Shown: positions 43,484 through 53,684, counted from the first letter of the stretch. The stretch: DNA of 64,000 nt from an uncultured Actinomycetota bacterium (GCA_963790235.1 CAWBNZ010000018.1:47060-111059), one strand, 5' to 3'. The notes: generated by a model not told the origin, from the letters alone. Numbers and translations: made by a program.

Positions 43484-44699
43484 ATGGACAAGATCAAGGT
43501 CGAAGGCACCGTCGTAGAACTCGATGGCGACGAGATGACGCGGATCATCTGGCAGAAGATCAAGGACACCCTGATCCACCCGTACCTCGACGTGAACCTC
43601 GAGTACTACGACCTCGGCATCGAGCACCGGGATGCGACCGACGACCAGGTCACGATCGACGCGGCCCACGCCATCCAGAAGCACGGCGTCGGCGTGAAGT
43701 GCGCCACGATCACGCCCGACGAGGCGCGCGTCGAGGAGTTCGGCCTCAAGCAGATGTGGAAGAGCCCGAACGGCACCATCCGCAACATCCTCGGCGGCGT
43801 CATCTTCCGCGAGCCCATCATCATCAGCAACATCCCGCGTCTGGTGCCCGGCTGGAACAAGCCGATCATCATCGGCCGCCACGCGTTCGGCGACCAGTAC
43901 CGCGCCACCGACTTCCGCTTCGCGGGCAAGGGCACGCTCACGGTGCAGTTCACGCCAGAGGATGGCTCGGAGCCGCTCAAGTTCGAGGTGTTCCAGGCTC
44001 CGGGCGACGGCATCGCCCAGGTGCAGTACAACCTGGATGACTCGATCCGCGACTTCGCGCGCGCGAGCCTCAACTACGGACTCGCCCGCAACTACCCGGT
44101 GTACCTCTCGACGAAGAACACGATCCTCAAGGCCTACGACGGCCGGTTCAAGGACATCTTCGAGGAGATCTTCGAGGCCGAGTTCAAGGCTGAGTTCGAG
44201 AAGCGCGGCCTCACCTACGAGCACCGCCTCATCGACGACATGGTCGCCTCGGCCATGAAGTGGGAGGGCGGCTACGTCTGGGCGTGCAAGAACTACGACG
44301 GTGACGTGCAGTCCGACACGGTCGCGCAGGGCTTCGGCTCGCTCGGACTCATGACGTCGGTGCTCTCGACTCCCGACGGCAAGATCGTCGAGGCTGAGGC
44401 CGCCCACGGCACGGTCACCCGCCATTACCGCCAGCACCAGGCAGGCAAGCCGACGTCGACCAACCCGATCGCGTCGATCTACGCGTGGACCCGCGGGCTC
44501 GCCCACCGCGGCAAGCTCGACGGCAACCAGGCGCTCATCGACTTCGCCGACACGCTCGAGGATGTCGTGATCACGTCGGTCGAAGGCCGGTCACATGACG
44601 AAGGACCTCGCGGTGCTCGTCGGACCGGACCAGGCGTACGAGACCACCGAGGAATTCCTCGACACGCTGGATCGGGCGCTCGCAGAGCGCCTGGCGTAG
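43484..44699 (+). CDS. icd: NADP-dependent isocitrate dehydrogenase (subfamily II; frameshift near 44590)
   Basis: [70 protein letters not shown]. Confidence 0.97.
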
Positions 44700-44811
44700 A
44701 GGCACAGCGGGCGCTCGCCGCTCGTTTCCGAGAGCGCTGACTGCGGCGCCGGGCGCTCGCGCGCGGCCGGTGCCGCAAGTGCGCCGCAGGGGCGGCGGCG
44801 AACCAGAAGGC

Positions 44812-45420
44812 TCAGCCGAACAGCTGCGTCCACGTGATGCCGTACGAGCCGCCGTGTCCGACGCCGACGCCGAGGCGCGTCAGGCTGCAGTTCAGGATGT
44901 TCGCGCGGTGGCCGGGGCTCGCCATCCATGAGGCCATCACGTCGGTGGCGCCCTGCTGGCCCGCGGCGATGTTCTCCGCGTTCGCGGTCGTGCCGGCGGC
45001 AGCCGCTCGGTCGAAGGGGCTGAGCCCGTCGGGGTTGGTGTGGTCGACGTAGTCGCGCGCGGCCATGTCGGCGCTGTGCAGGCGGGCCACCTGGGCGAGG
45101 GGCTCGTCCCACGCGAGCGGCGCGCAGCCGTTGGCGGTGCGCTCGGTGTTGACGAGCGCGAGCACTTCGGCCTCGGCGGGGTCGGCGCCGGCGGGCGCAA
45201 CCGGCGCGACCGGCTCGGGCGCAGCCGACGCTGCCGCTGGGGGAGGCGTTGGGGTGGCAGTCGCCGTGATCCTCGGGCCGTCGAATCCGCCCTCTCGGCC
45301 CACGGTCGACGACGTCGCCGGTTTGGTCCCGGTCGACTGAAGCGCGAACGCCGTGACCGAGATGGTCGAGATGGCAAGGAGTACTCCGGCGAGCGCGATC
45401 AGAGGTCGGCGGAATCTCAT
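44812..45420 (-). CDS. Secreted CAP/SCP domain protein
   Basis: N-terminal hydrophobic segment, Pro/Ala linker, LVNTER...GC.PL, HSADMA, AENIAAGQ, WMASPGHRANILN, WTQLFG. Confidence 0.9.
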   Translation of the reverse strand: MRFRRPLIALAGVLLAISTISVTAFALQSTGTKPATSSTVGREGGFDGPRITATATPTPPPAAASAAPEPVAPVAPAGADPAEAEVLALVNTERTANGCAPLAWDEPLAQVARLHSADMAARDYVDHTNPDGLSPFDRAAAAGTTANAENIAAGQQGATDVMASWMASPGHRANILNCSLTRLGVGVGHGGSYGITWTQLFG

Positions 45421-45574
45421 CGGCCCGAGTGTACTGTGGCGCGCTGAGGGCATCCCCGGTTCGGTGTGAGTCGCGGCGCAGGGGATCGATGGCCCAGATG
45501 CTCCGGTACGCGGGCACGAAGGTGACGACCGCCGCGATCAGCGCGGCCACCGCCGCAGCCGCATGCCGCTTGTG

Positions 45575-45782
45575 CAAATGCGGGCCATTGCGTCAAATCC
45601 GGGCTGGCGCGCGGGCCCGGATCTGACGCGACGGCCCGGAAACCCTCAGCCACGAGTCGGAAGCGGTGCGATTCGGCCCGGAAATCGCTGGCCTGGCCGA
45701 GCGCGGTGCCGCATTGGCCCGGAAAGGATTTGCAGCGCTCTGAATACGGGGCGGCTCGGCTCAGCCTGTTGATTCCGGGCCG
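45575..45782. repeat. Dispersed multi-motif repeat element, copy 2
   Basis: CAAATGCGGGCCATTGCGTCAAATCCGGGC identical to 12490-12519; GGCCCGGA at 45633, 45675, 45716. Confidence 0.85.
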
Positions 45783-45799
45783 TTCGGCCGATCCGCTTC

Positions 45800-47332
45800 C
45801 TAGTACCCCGAGAAGTAGTCGGAGTGCACGTGCTTTGCCCCACCCTTGCGCAGCGCGCGCTTGAGGTCGTTCACGAGTCCGGGCGGGCCGGAGATGAACG
45901 TGTGGCGCTGCGCGACATCCGGCACCTTCTCCGCGACGCGCTCGGGGGTGATGCGGCCCGTGCCGCCGTACTCGAAGTTCGCGGGGAGCGGAGTCGGGGC
46001 ATCCGGGCCGTAGACGACCACGCGAGCGCCGGAGTCGGCGAGCAGCTGGGTGTACGGCAGCTCGCCCGGAGTGCTCGACGAGTACAGCACGACGACGTCG
46101 CGCTGGTCACCGGTCGCGGTCGCGTGCTCGAGTTGGCTCGCGAACGGCGTGATGCCGATGCCACCGGCGACGAGCAGCAGCGGCTCGGCCGGGTTGTCCG
46201 GCAGCAAGAAGTCTCCGCCGACGAGGGTGCCGTGCACGGTCGCGCCGGGTTCGAGGGCGAGCAGCGCGTTCTTGAAGCTCGACGACTTCGTTGGCACCGT
46301 GAGCGCGAATGTGATGGGGCCATCGTCCTTCGGCGCCGACGAGATGCTGAAGTAGCGCCGCTTGCCGCGGAGGTCGGCGCGGTGGTGCGGGATCGTGAGC
46401 TCCATGTACTGCCCGGGGAAGAACCGCACGGCCCGCTTCGGCTGGAACGACAGCTCCCACGTGTCCGCCGACAACTGCCGCTTGCCGAGGTGCTCCATGC
46501 GGATGCCGCGGCGCTGCCCGAATGCGAACGCCACGAGGTTGCCGATCAGGAGCGCGAGCAGAGGGTTGCCGAACAGGGGGAACACGTTGGACGGAATCGA
46601 CATCAGCACGGCGACGAGCGCCGCGACCGCGAACTGCTGCCAGCGCCGGGGCGGGAGCGTGAGCGGCTCGCTGAGCATGAAGCCAGCGATGAAGACGTAC
46701 TGCGAGGAGATGAACAGGTAATCCAGCGCGGCCAACGGTGTCTCGCCGACCAAGGCGTAGCGCACCACGAGCGTGACCGCTGCGGCCGCGAGGAAGACGA
46801 CCCCCATCGTGACTCGCTGGGTGCGGTACAGCACGAGGAACGCACCGATCGCGATCAGGGGTTGCAGGTACTCGGTGCCCACCCACCAGACAGGGAACGC
46901 GAGACCCGGAACGAGCCGAGTCAGGATCAGGAGGTACACCACGTAGGTGCCGACGGCCGCAGGGTTGAAGATGTGGCGCCCACGCACCGCGAGCAGGTAC
47001 TTCGAGACGGTAGCAACCAACGAGGCGATCGCGACGCCGAGCAGCGCCAGCGGCTCGAACTTCGGCTGCATGATCAGGAACACAAGAAGCCCAGTGATGA
47101 GCGACGACTCGACGTGCATGGTGATGCGCGCCACCTTCGCGGCGATCCACCCTGCGCCCACAGCAACGCCGACGGCCACGATCAGCGACGAGATCAGACC
47201 GAGCGGTACAACTCCGGAGAGCTGTCCGAACAGCGAGAGGATCACCGCCAGCAGGCTGATCGCCGAGAGCAGTCCGATCACGAGCACGTACATCGTGACC
47301 TTGCCGGTCACCTGGTCGAGCCACTGCTTCAT
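45800..47332 (-). CDS. RnfD/NqrB-like membrane domain fused to FNR-type FAD/NAD(P)H oxidoreductase domain
   Basis: TM region with RHIFNPAA and FMLSEPLT; C-terminal PGQY, RYFSISS, AGGIGITPF, SGPP. Confidence 0.85.
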   Translation of the reverse strand: MKQWLDQVTGKVTMYVLVIGLLSAISLLAVILSLFGQLSGVVPLGLISSLIVAVGVAVGAGWIAAKVARITMHVESSLITGLLVFLIMQPKFEPLALLGVAIASLVATVSKYLLAVRGRHIFNPAAVGTYVVYLLILTRLVPGLAFPVWWVGTEYLQPLIAIGAFLVLYRTQRVTMGVVFLAAAAVTLVVRYALVGETPLAALDYLFISSQYVFIAGFMLSEPLTLPPRRWQQFAVAALVAVLMSIPSNVFPLFGNPLLALLIGNLVAFAFGQRRGIRMEHLGKRQLSADTWELSFQPKRAVRFFPGQYMELTIPHHRADLRGKRRYFSISSAPKDDGPITFALTVPTKSSSFKNALLALEPGATVHGTLVGGDFLLPDNPAEPLLLVAGGIGITPFASQLEHATATGDQRDVVVLYSSSTPGELPYTQLLADSGARVVVYGPDAPTPLPANFEYGGTGRITPERVAEKVPDVAQRHTFISGPPGLVNDLKRALRKGGAKHVHSDYFSGY

Positions 47333-48177
47333 GTGAACATCTCTCCGTCGATCTGTGGCGAGAACTCTACCGTTCGGTCGTCGTTCATTCGCACATAGGT
47401 GAATTCGAACTCGTCGGCCATTCTGGTTGGTTCCGCGAAGAACATCGCAGTCGCGATACCGTCGGCTTCGAGGGCGGTGCCAGCCATTGCCCACGTCGCG
47501 ATCACGCGGCGGGTTGGCAGCCCGGTGATCGCATCGACGACGTGGTGCAGTCCGTCGCCCCACGCCCGGCGATTGGATGCCGACCCGCAGATCGATCCGT
47601 CACCCAGGTTCACGACGCCGATCGCCATCGAGGCGTCGAGTGGATGTTCGAGCCCAACCCTGATCGAGCCAGCACCCCGGCGCAGGATGTCGCCGCTCGC
47701 GTCGATCGTGTACTCCGCGACGCCGTGCTCGGCGAGCACCGCCCCAAGGATGTCGACGAGGTATCCCTTGCCCGCCGCGCCGACGTCGAGCACGACCGGG
47801 CGCACCGTGGACAGCACCTCGCCGTCCCAGGCGAGCACGTCATCCCATGCCGGGATGGGCGTCGTGCGGCCGGTCGGTCGCAGCGAGTAGGCGCGGTCGT
47901 AGCCCAGATCCACGAGCCGCTGCCCCACGAGAGGGCTCACCCGGCCGTCGGTGACCGCGTACAGGCGGCGGTAGAGCTCGAACAGTGGTCCGGCATCCTC
48001 GGGGAGCATCCAGGTGCCTGGCCGTCGAGCGATGTCGGCAACGACCGAGTCGTCGCGAAAGCGACTCCAGGTGCGGTCGAACGAGTCGATCCGCACCTGG
48101 AGCGCGTGCTGGAGTTCCGACGTGATCGGTTCCGCGGTGTCGATCTGCCACGCGGTGCCGATGGCGTCGAAGTGCAT
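47329..48177 (-). CDS. apbE: FAD:protein FMN transferase
   Basis: FDAIGT, WSRFRDDS, TDGRVSPLVG, LDVGAAGKGYLVD, DASGD, HHVVD..TG.P, ADGIATA; ATGA overlap with the downstream gene. Confidence 0.93.
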   Translation of the reverse strand: MHFDAIGTAWQIDTAEPITSELQHALQVRIDSFDRTWSRFRDDSVVADIARRPGTWMLPEDAGPLFELYRRLYAVTDGRVSPLVGQRLVDLGYDRAYSLRPTGRTTPIPAWDDVLAWDGEVLSTVRPVVLDVGAAGKGYLVDILGAVLAEHGVAEYTIDASGDILRRGAGSIRVGLEHPLDASMAIGVVNLGDGSICGSASNRRAWGDGLHHVVDAITGLPTRRVIATWAMAGTALEADGIATAMFFAEPTRMADEFEFTYVRMNDDRTVEFSPQIDGEMFT

Positions 48178-48178
48178 G

Positions 48179-48642
48179 CTAGGCGGCAGCTTCGGCCTTG
48201 ATCTCTTCGATGGCCTTGTTGAAGCCACCGCTGGTCAGCGACGAGCCGGCGACCTTGCTCACCTGGAGTCTCGTCGATCGGCTTGCCGACGACCTCACCG
48301 GCGATGCCGTCGATGAACTCACCCTGGTGGATCTGCGCCTGCGGGTCGGTGGCCTCGCCGACGACCGTGACCGCGGTGACGACGCCGCCCTCGAGCGTGA
48401 CCGTCACATCCACGGTCTCGGTGCCGCTCGGCGCCTCGTACGTGCCGCTCGCGTCGTACGTGCCGTCGGCGTACGCGCCCGTGTCACCGCCCGTGTCGGT
48501 GCTCGGTGTCGTCGCCCGTGTCGTTGCCGGTGTCCGTGACGGTGTCGGCGGGAGCGGGGCTGCTGCAGGCGGCGAGCGAGCCGGCGAGTGCGAGGCCCGC
48601 GATCAGTGCCGCGGCCGACTTGCTTGGGTGGATCGTGCGCAT
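48179..48642 (-). CDS. FMN-binding lipoprotein (frameshifts near 48500 and 48270)
   Basis: Lipobox SLAAC; YADGTY.ASGTY..PSG...VDVTVTLEGGVVTAV, VVGKPIDE, KVAGSSLTSGGFNKAI. Confidence 0.88.
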
Positions 48643-48848
48643 GGATTCTCCCTGGATTCTCGATTGGGTACGCCCCAAGCATGGCGGCTCGATCCTGCGT
48701 TTCCTTGGAGGAGCCTGAACACGCGCTGGATCGGCGAGAAGTCGCAGGAAAAAAGTTCTACCCCCTTTCGGGGGTCGGGTAGATATGGTGGACAAGCGGG
48801 GCGACTCACGCTCCGCACTCTCCATTCCCTTTCACGAGAAGGATGCCC

Positions 48849-51800
48849 ATGCGCACACGTCGCACCATCAGATCCGCCATTGCGGTCATCGCAACCGGAG
48901 CCCTCGCTGTCGCGGGCCTCACGGTCGGTGCCGCGGGGGCCTCCGCCGCCGATCTCAAACCGGCTGGCGCGACCACCGCCCAGAACTTCGAGTCTGGGCG
49001 CTACATCGTCACGCTCGTCGAAGACGGCCTGGCCAAGTGGGAGAACGCGCCAGGTGCCGACCAGCGCCGCAGCGTCTCGCCCGGCGACTACGCAGCACAG
49101 CTCGCTGCAACCCAGGAGGATGTCGCGGCGTCAGTGGGCGCGGACATCGACAACTCCTACACCGTGGCACTCAACGCGTTCTCGGCCGAGCTCACCGGCG
49201 AGCAGGCCGCACAACTCGCCGCGGACAAGAACGTGCTTGCGGTGACCCCCGACGAGATCCTGCACGTCACGGCCACCCCGTCGACCGAGTTCCTCGGACT
49301 CACGGGTGATGACGGTGTCTGGGCTTCCGTCGGCGGACCCGACGCAGCAGGTGAGGGAATCGTGGTCGGCGTGCTCGACACCGGCATCGCCCCAGAGAAC
49401 CAGGCGTTCGCCGGGGACGCGCTCGGCACGTCAGCCGGTACGGAGCCGTACCTCGACGGGTCGACCATCACCTACGAGAAGGCGGACGGCGAGACGTTCA
49501 CCGGCATCTGCGAAGAGGGCGAGGCGTTCACCGCGTCCGACTGCAACACGAAGGTCATCGGGGCGCGCTACTACCTCGACGGCTTCGGTGCTGAGAACAT
49601 CGGCGACGCGTCCACCGGCCCGGGCGAGTTCGTCTCCCCGCGCGACGGCGACGGCCACGGCTCGCACACCGCGAGCACTGCGGCGGGCAACTACGCCAAT
49701 CCGGCGAGCATCGAGGGCATCGACTTCGGTGACATCTCCGGTGTCGCGCCCGCGGCCAAGATCGCGGCCTACAAGGTGTGCTGGTCTGGACCTGACCCCG
49801 CCGTCATCACCGACGACGGCTGCGCCACATCCGACCTGCTCGCCGGCATCAACCAGGCGATCATCGACGGCGTCGACGTGATCAACTACTCGATCGGCGG
49901 CGGTGCTGCGGCCACCACGTACTCGGCGACGGGTGACGCGTTCCTCGGAGCGGCGGCGGCTGGCATCTTCGTTGCGGCCTCTGCGGGCAACGACGGGCCA
50001 GGCGCATCCACTGCCGACAACGCGGCTCCGTGGATCACGACGGTCGCGGCATCCACGATCCCGAGCTATGAGGCCACGGCCACGCTCGGCGACGGACAGG
50101 CGTTCGCCGGTGCCTCGATCACCGTGCCGTTCGACGGTGCGCCGATCACCGGTCCGCTGGTGTACGCGGCGAACATCGCGGCAGCCGGAGTCGCTGACGC
50201 GAACCTCTGCGGTCCGAACTCGCTCGACGCGACGCTCATCACGCCCGAGACCATCGTCGTCTGCGACCGCGGCGCGTACGACCGGGTCGCGAAGTCGGCC
50301 GAGGTCGCCCGCATCGGCGGGCAGGCGATGATCCTGGTCAACCCGAGCCCGAACACGATCGACACCGACTTCCACTCGGTGCCGACCGTGCACTTGAGCG
50401 TCGACTACCGGGATGCCGTGATCGCGTACGCACAGACCCCCGGTGCCACCGCGACGCTCACGACGGGCAACGCGCTCGGCACGACGCCGCCATCGCCACA
50501 GGTCGCCGGATTCTCGTCGCGCGGCCCGATCCTCGCCGACGGCAGCCAGCTGCTGAAGCCCGACATCTCGGCACCCGGCGTGTCGATCCTCGCGGCCGGT
50601 CCGAACGATCAGGACGCTGACGGCACGTACGAGTTCAAGAGCGGAACGTCGATGTCGAGCCCGCACATCGCAGGTCTCGCGGCGCTGTACCTTGGCGAGC
50701 ACCCGCTCGCTTCGCCGTCGGAGATCAAGTCCGCGATGATGACGACCGCGTACGACACCGTCGACGCCGAGAGCGACGCGGTCACCGACCCGTTCGCCCA
50801 GGGTGCCGGTCACGTCGACCCGACTCGGTACTTCGAGCCCGGGTTGCTGTACCTCAACGACGTGCCCGACTGGGTGGGCTACATCCAGTGGCTCGGCTAC
50901 GACACCGGGTTCGACCCGATCTCGGGCAGCAACCTCAACCTCGCCTCGATCCAGGTTCCCGACCTCACCGCCCCGGTGACCGTCACCCGCACGGTGACGT
51001 CGACCGGCGCCGGTGATTGGGAAGCCTCGGTGCAGGGCGTTGACGGCATCGACGTGACCGTCGAGCCGTCGGCGCTGAGCTTCGGCGCCGCGGGGGAGAC
51101 GGCCACCTTCTCGGTGACGTTCTCCCGCACGGATGCGACGCTCGACGAGTTCGCGGTCGGCTCGCTCACCTGGACGGGTGCGACGACCGTGCGCAGCCCG
51201 ATCGCGGTGCAGCCGGTGACGATCGTCGCGCCGTTCGACGCCGAGGGCACCGGGGTGACCGGTTCGGTGGATGTCGAGGTCACCCCAGGTGGCACCGGCC
51301 CGATCCCGCTCAGCACGACGGGCCTCTCGCTCGGCGCGCTGCTGCCCGACCCCACCGGGGTCGAGACCGAGCACTCGGGATCGGGCGACAACTCGTCGCC
51401 GGACTTCGAGTACGCCGCGAGCGTGCCGGAGGGCGCGGTGTTCGCGCGCTTCGACCTGGATGCACTCGACGACGAGCTCGAGACGCCGGTCGACCTTGAC
51501 CTGTTCGTCTACCTGCTCGATGACGAGGGCACCCCGATCGCGCTCTACCAGTCCGCGACCGGAGCCGCCGATGAGCGGGTGAACCTCGAGGCGCCGACCG
51601 CGGGCAACTACCTCGTGATCGCAGACGTGTACGACGCTCCCGACGGAGTGGTGTTCGACCTGACCGTCACCTCGGTGGTGCCGGGTGGGGCTCCGCTCAC
51701 GACGACGCCGGCCACGCTCGATGGTGTGCAGGGCGTGCCGGTTGAGTACGCGGCATCCTGGACCGGTCTGCAGCCGTTCTCGACCTACGTTGGCCTCGTC

Positions 51801-52415
51801 TCGTACGGCGAGACCGGCGTGTACACGGTCGTGCAGGTCGAGACGGGCGAGGGTCCGATTCCCGGTGCGCCGGTGAATCTGACGCTCCCGACGATCAGTG
51901 GCAAGGCCGAGGTGGGCAAGAAGCTCACCGCGAGCCCCGGCACCTGGGATCTGGACGGCCTCACCTTCGCCTACCAGTGGCAGGCCGACGGTGTCGACAT
52001 CGCGGGTGCGACCGGCAAGAAGTACAAGATCACGCCGGCCGACGAGGGCAAGGTGATCACGGTGGTGGTCACCGCGACGAAGGGCGACCTGCCACCGGGC
52101 TCCGCGACGAGCGAGGGCGTGACGGTGAAGTACAAGTCGACGACCTCGGTGTCGCTCAGCCGCACGGTGCTGTTCTCGTGGCAGACAACGACGGCGACGA
52201 TCAAGGTCGACAGCGCGGAGACGAACGCTCCGACGGGCAACGTCACGATCAGCGTCAACGGCAAGTCGACGACGGTGCCACTCGTGAACGGTGTCGCCAC
52301 CTATCAGGTGCCGAAGCTCCGCAGCGGCGTCTACCTCGTGAAGGCCACGTACGAGGGTGACGACCTGAACAACGGGTCGTCGAGCCAGGTGCGCCCGTTC
52401 TGGGTGATCTTCTAG
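48849..52415 (+). CDS. Secreted S8 subtilase (I9 prodomain, PA domain, Fn3/Ig-like C-terminal domains)
   Basis: Signal peptide; triad VLDTG, DGHGSHTASTAAG, SGTSMSSPH; FSSRGP, LKPDISAPG, KSAMMTTA. Confidence 0.95.
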   Translation: MRTRRTIRSAIAVIATGALAVAGLTVGAAGASAADLKPAGATTAQNFESGRYIVTLVEDGLAKWENAPGADQRRSVSPGDYAAQLAATQEDVAASVGADIDNSYTVALNAFSAELTGEQAAQLAADKNVLAVTPDEILHVTATPSTEFLGLTGDDGVWASVGGPDAAGEGIVVGVLDTGIAPENQAFAGDALGTSAGTEPYLDGSTITYEKADGETFTGICEEGEAFTASDCNTKVIGARYYLDGFGAENIGDASTGPGEFVSPRDGDGHGSHTASTAAGNYANPASIEGIDFGDISGVAPAAKIAAYKVCWSGPDPAVITDDGCATSDLLAGINQAIIDGVDVINYSIGGGAAATTYSATGDAFLGAAAAGIFVAASAGNDGPGASTADNAAPWITTVAASTIPSYEATATLGDGQAFAGASITVPFDGAPITGPLVYAANIAAAGVADANLCGPNSLDATLITPETIVVCDRGAYDRVAKSAEVARIGGQAMILVNPSPNTIDTDFHSVPTVHLSVDYRDAVIAYAQTPGATATLTTGNALGTTPPSPQVAGFSSRGPILADGSQLLKPDISAPGVSILAAGPNDQDADGTYEFKSGTSMSSPHIAGLAALYLGEHPLASPSEIKSAMMTTAYDTVDAESDAVTDPFAQGAGHVDPTRYFEPGLLYLNDVPDWVGYIQWLGYDTGFDPISGSNLNLASIQVPDLTAPVTVTRTVTSTGAGDWEASVQGVDGIDVTVEPSALSFGAAGETATFSVTFSRTDATLDEFAVGSLTWTGATTVRSPIAVQPVTIVAPFDAEGTGVTGSVDVEVTPGGTGPIPLSTTGLSLGALLPDPTGVETEHSGSGDNSSPDFEYAASVPEGAVFARFDLDALDDELETPVDLDLFVYLLDDEGTPIALYQSATGAADERVNLEAPTAGNYLVIADVYDAPDGVVFDLTVTSVVPGGAPLTTTPATLDGVQGVPVEYAASWTGLQPFSTYVGLVSYGETGVYTVVQVETGEGPIPGAPVNLTLPTISGKAEVGKKLTASPGTWDLDGLTFAYQWQADGVDIAGATGKKYKITPADEGKVITVVVTATKGDLPPGSATSEGVTVKYKSTTSVSLSRTVLFSWQTTTATIKVDSAETNAPTGNVTISVNGKSTTVPLVNGVATYQVPKLRSGVYLVKATYEGDDLNNGSSSQVRPFWVIF

Positions 52416-52442
52416 GCCCGCCAAAGGATCCGTTGCATGACG

Positions 52443-52484
52443 GACGAACAGGCCCGGATTCCGCGCGGATCCGGGCCTTTCGTC
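52443..52484 (+). terminator. Rho-independent terminator after S8 protease
   Basis: AGGCCCGGAT-TCCGCGCGG-ATCCGGGCCT followed by TTCGTC. Confidence 0.65.
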
Positions 52485-52513
52485 GATCCAGGCTCTGTCG
52501 CTCCACATCATGC

Positions 52514-52550
52514 TTGACAGCGAGTTTGTTCGTAAGGTTTACTAACAAAC
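52514..52550 (+). promoter_or_regulatory. Promoter and ROK-type operator of the GlcNAc operon
   Basis: TTGACA at 52514; AT-rich palindrome GTTTGTTCGTAAGGTTTACTAACAAAC (52524-52550) abutting ATG 52551. Confidence 0.7.
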
Positions 52551-53684
52551 ATGTCAACGAGGTTTGCAGCTCGGACGAGCGCTTCGCCCGACCACGAAGG
52601 TGCTGCCGGAGCACGCGCGCGGCCACAACCGCTCGCTCGTGCTGCAGACCCTGTACCGGCGACCAAGCCGAGCCGTGCCGACATCGCCCGCGAGACCGGA
52701 CTCACCCGCGTCACCGTCTCCGATCTGTCGCCGAGCTCATCGCCGAAGGACTCGTCGTCGAGGCGGGGCAGCGCGAGGACTCGCGTCCCGGCAAGCCGGC
52801 GACCCTGCTCGACCTCAACCGCAACGCCTACCAGATCCTCGGGGTCGACCTGAGCGAGGCGGGCACGTTCCGTGGCGCGGTGCTCGATCTCGACGGCGCC
52901 ATCCAGCACCGTGAGCAGGTCTCCACCGAAGGTGCCACCGGCGAGGATGCCACGGCCCTCGTCATCGCCCTCACCGAGCGTCTCGTGGCCGCCGCCACCC
53001 TCCCCATCCTCGGGCTCGGCGTCGGATCCCCCGGTGTCGTCGACCTCGCCGGCGTCGTGCTCACCGCCCCGAACCTCGGATGGCACGGAGTCGCGCTGCA
53101 GGGCATCCTCGAGTCGAAGTTCAGCGTGCCGGTGGTCGTGGCCAACGACGCGAACGCCGCGGCACTCGCCGAGCACAGCTTCGGCGACGCCGACAGCGAC
53201 ATGATGCTGATCAAGATCGGGGCCGGCGTCGGTGCGGGACTGCTGCTCGACGGCGTGCCGCTGTTCGGAAGCCGCTTCGCCGCAGGCGAGATCGGCCACG
53301 TCGTGGTCGGCACGGATGGCGGCGCCGAGTGCGTCTGCGGCAAGCACGGTTGCCTCGAGACCTGGCTCGCGACCCCGCGCCTCGAGCGTGCGCTCGCCGA
53401 GCCCGGTGCCGACCGCGAAGCCGTGCTCGCGGAGGCCGGCCAGCGCCTCGGGATCGCGCTCGCCCCGGTCGTCGGTGCGCTCAACCTCGCCGAGGTCGTG
53501 CTCGCCGGGCCGACCCACCTGCTTGATGGCACGCTCGCGAGCGCGACCATCGACACGCTCCGCAGAGCGCACGATGGCCGAGTTCCACGGCGATCTGACG
53601 CTGCGGATGACCACGCTCGGAGAGGACATCGTCATGCGCGGCGCTGCCGTCATGGTGCTCTCCGCGCAACTCGGGGTCTCCTGA
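52551..53684 (+). CDS. ROK family transcriptional repressor (NagC-like), frameshifted
   Basis: HNRSLVL / SRADIARETGLTRVTVS HTH / GKPATLL, GVGSPG, NDANAAALAE, GEIGH, CVCGKHGCLE. Confidence 0.9.

Noticed and set aside
52443-52484. Third copy of the GGCCCGGA repeat element
   Set aside because: Shares only the core in opposite arm order, lacks the 30-nt head, and sits like an ordinary terminator
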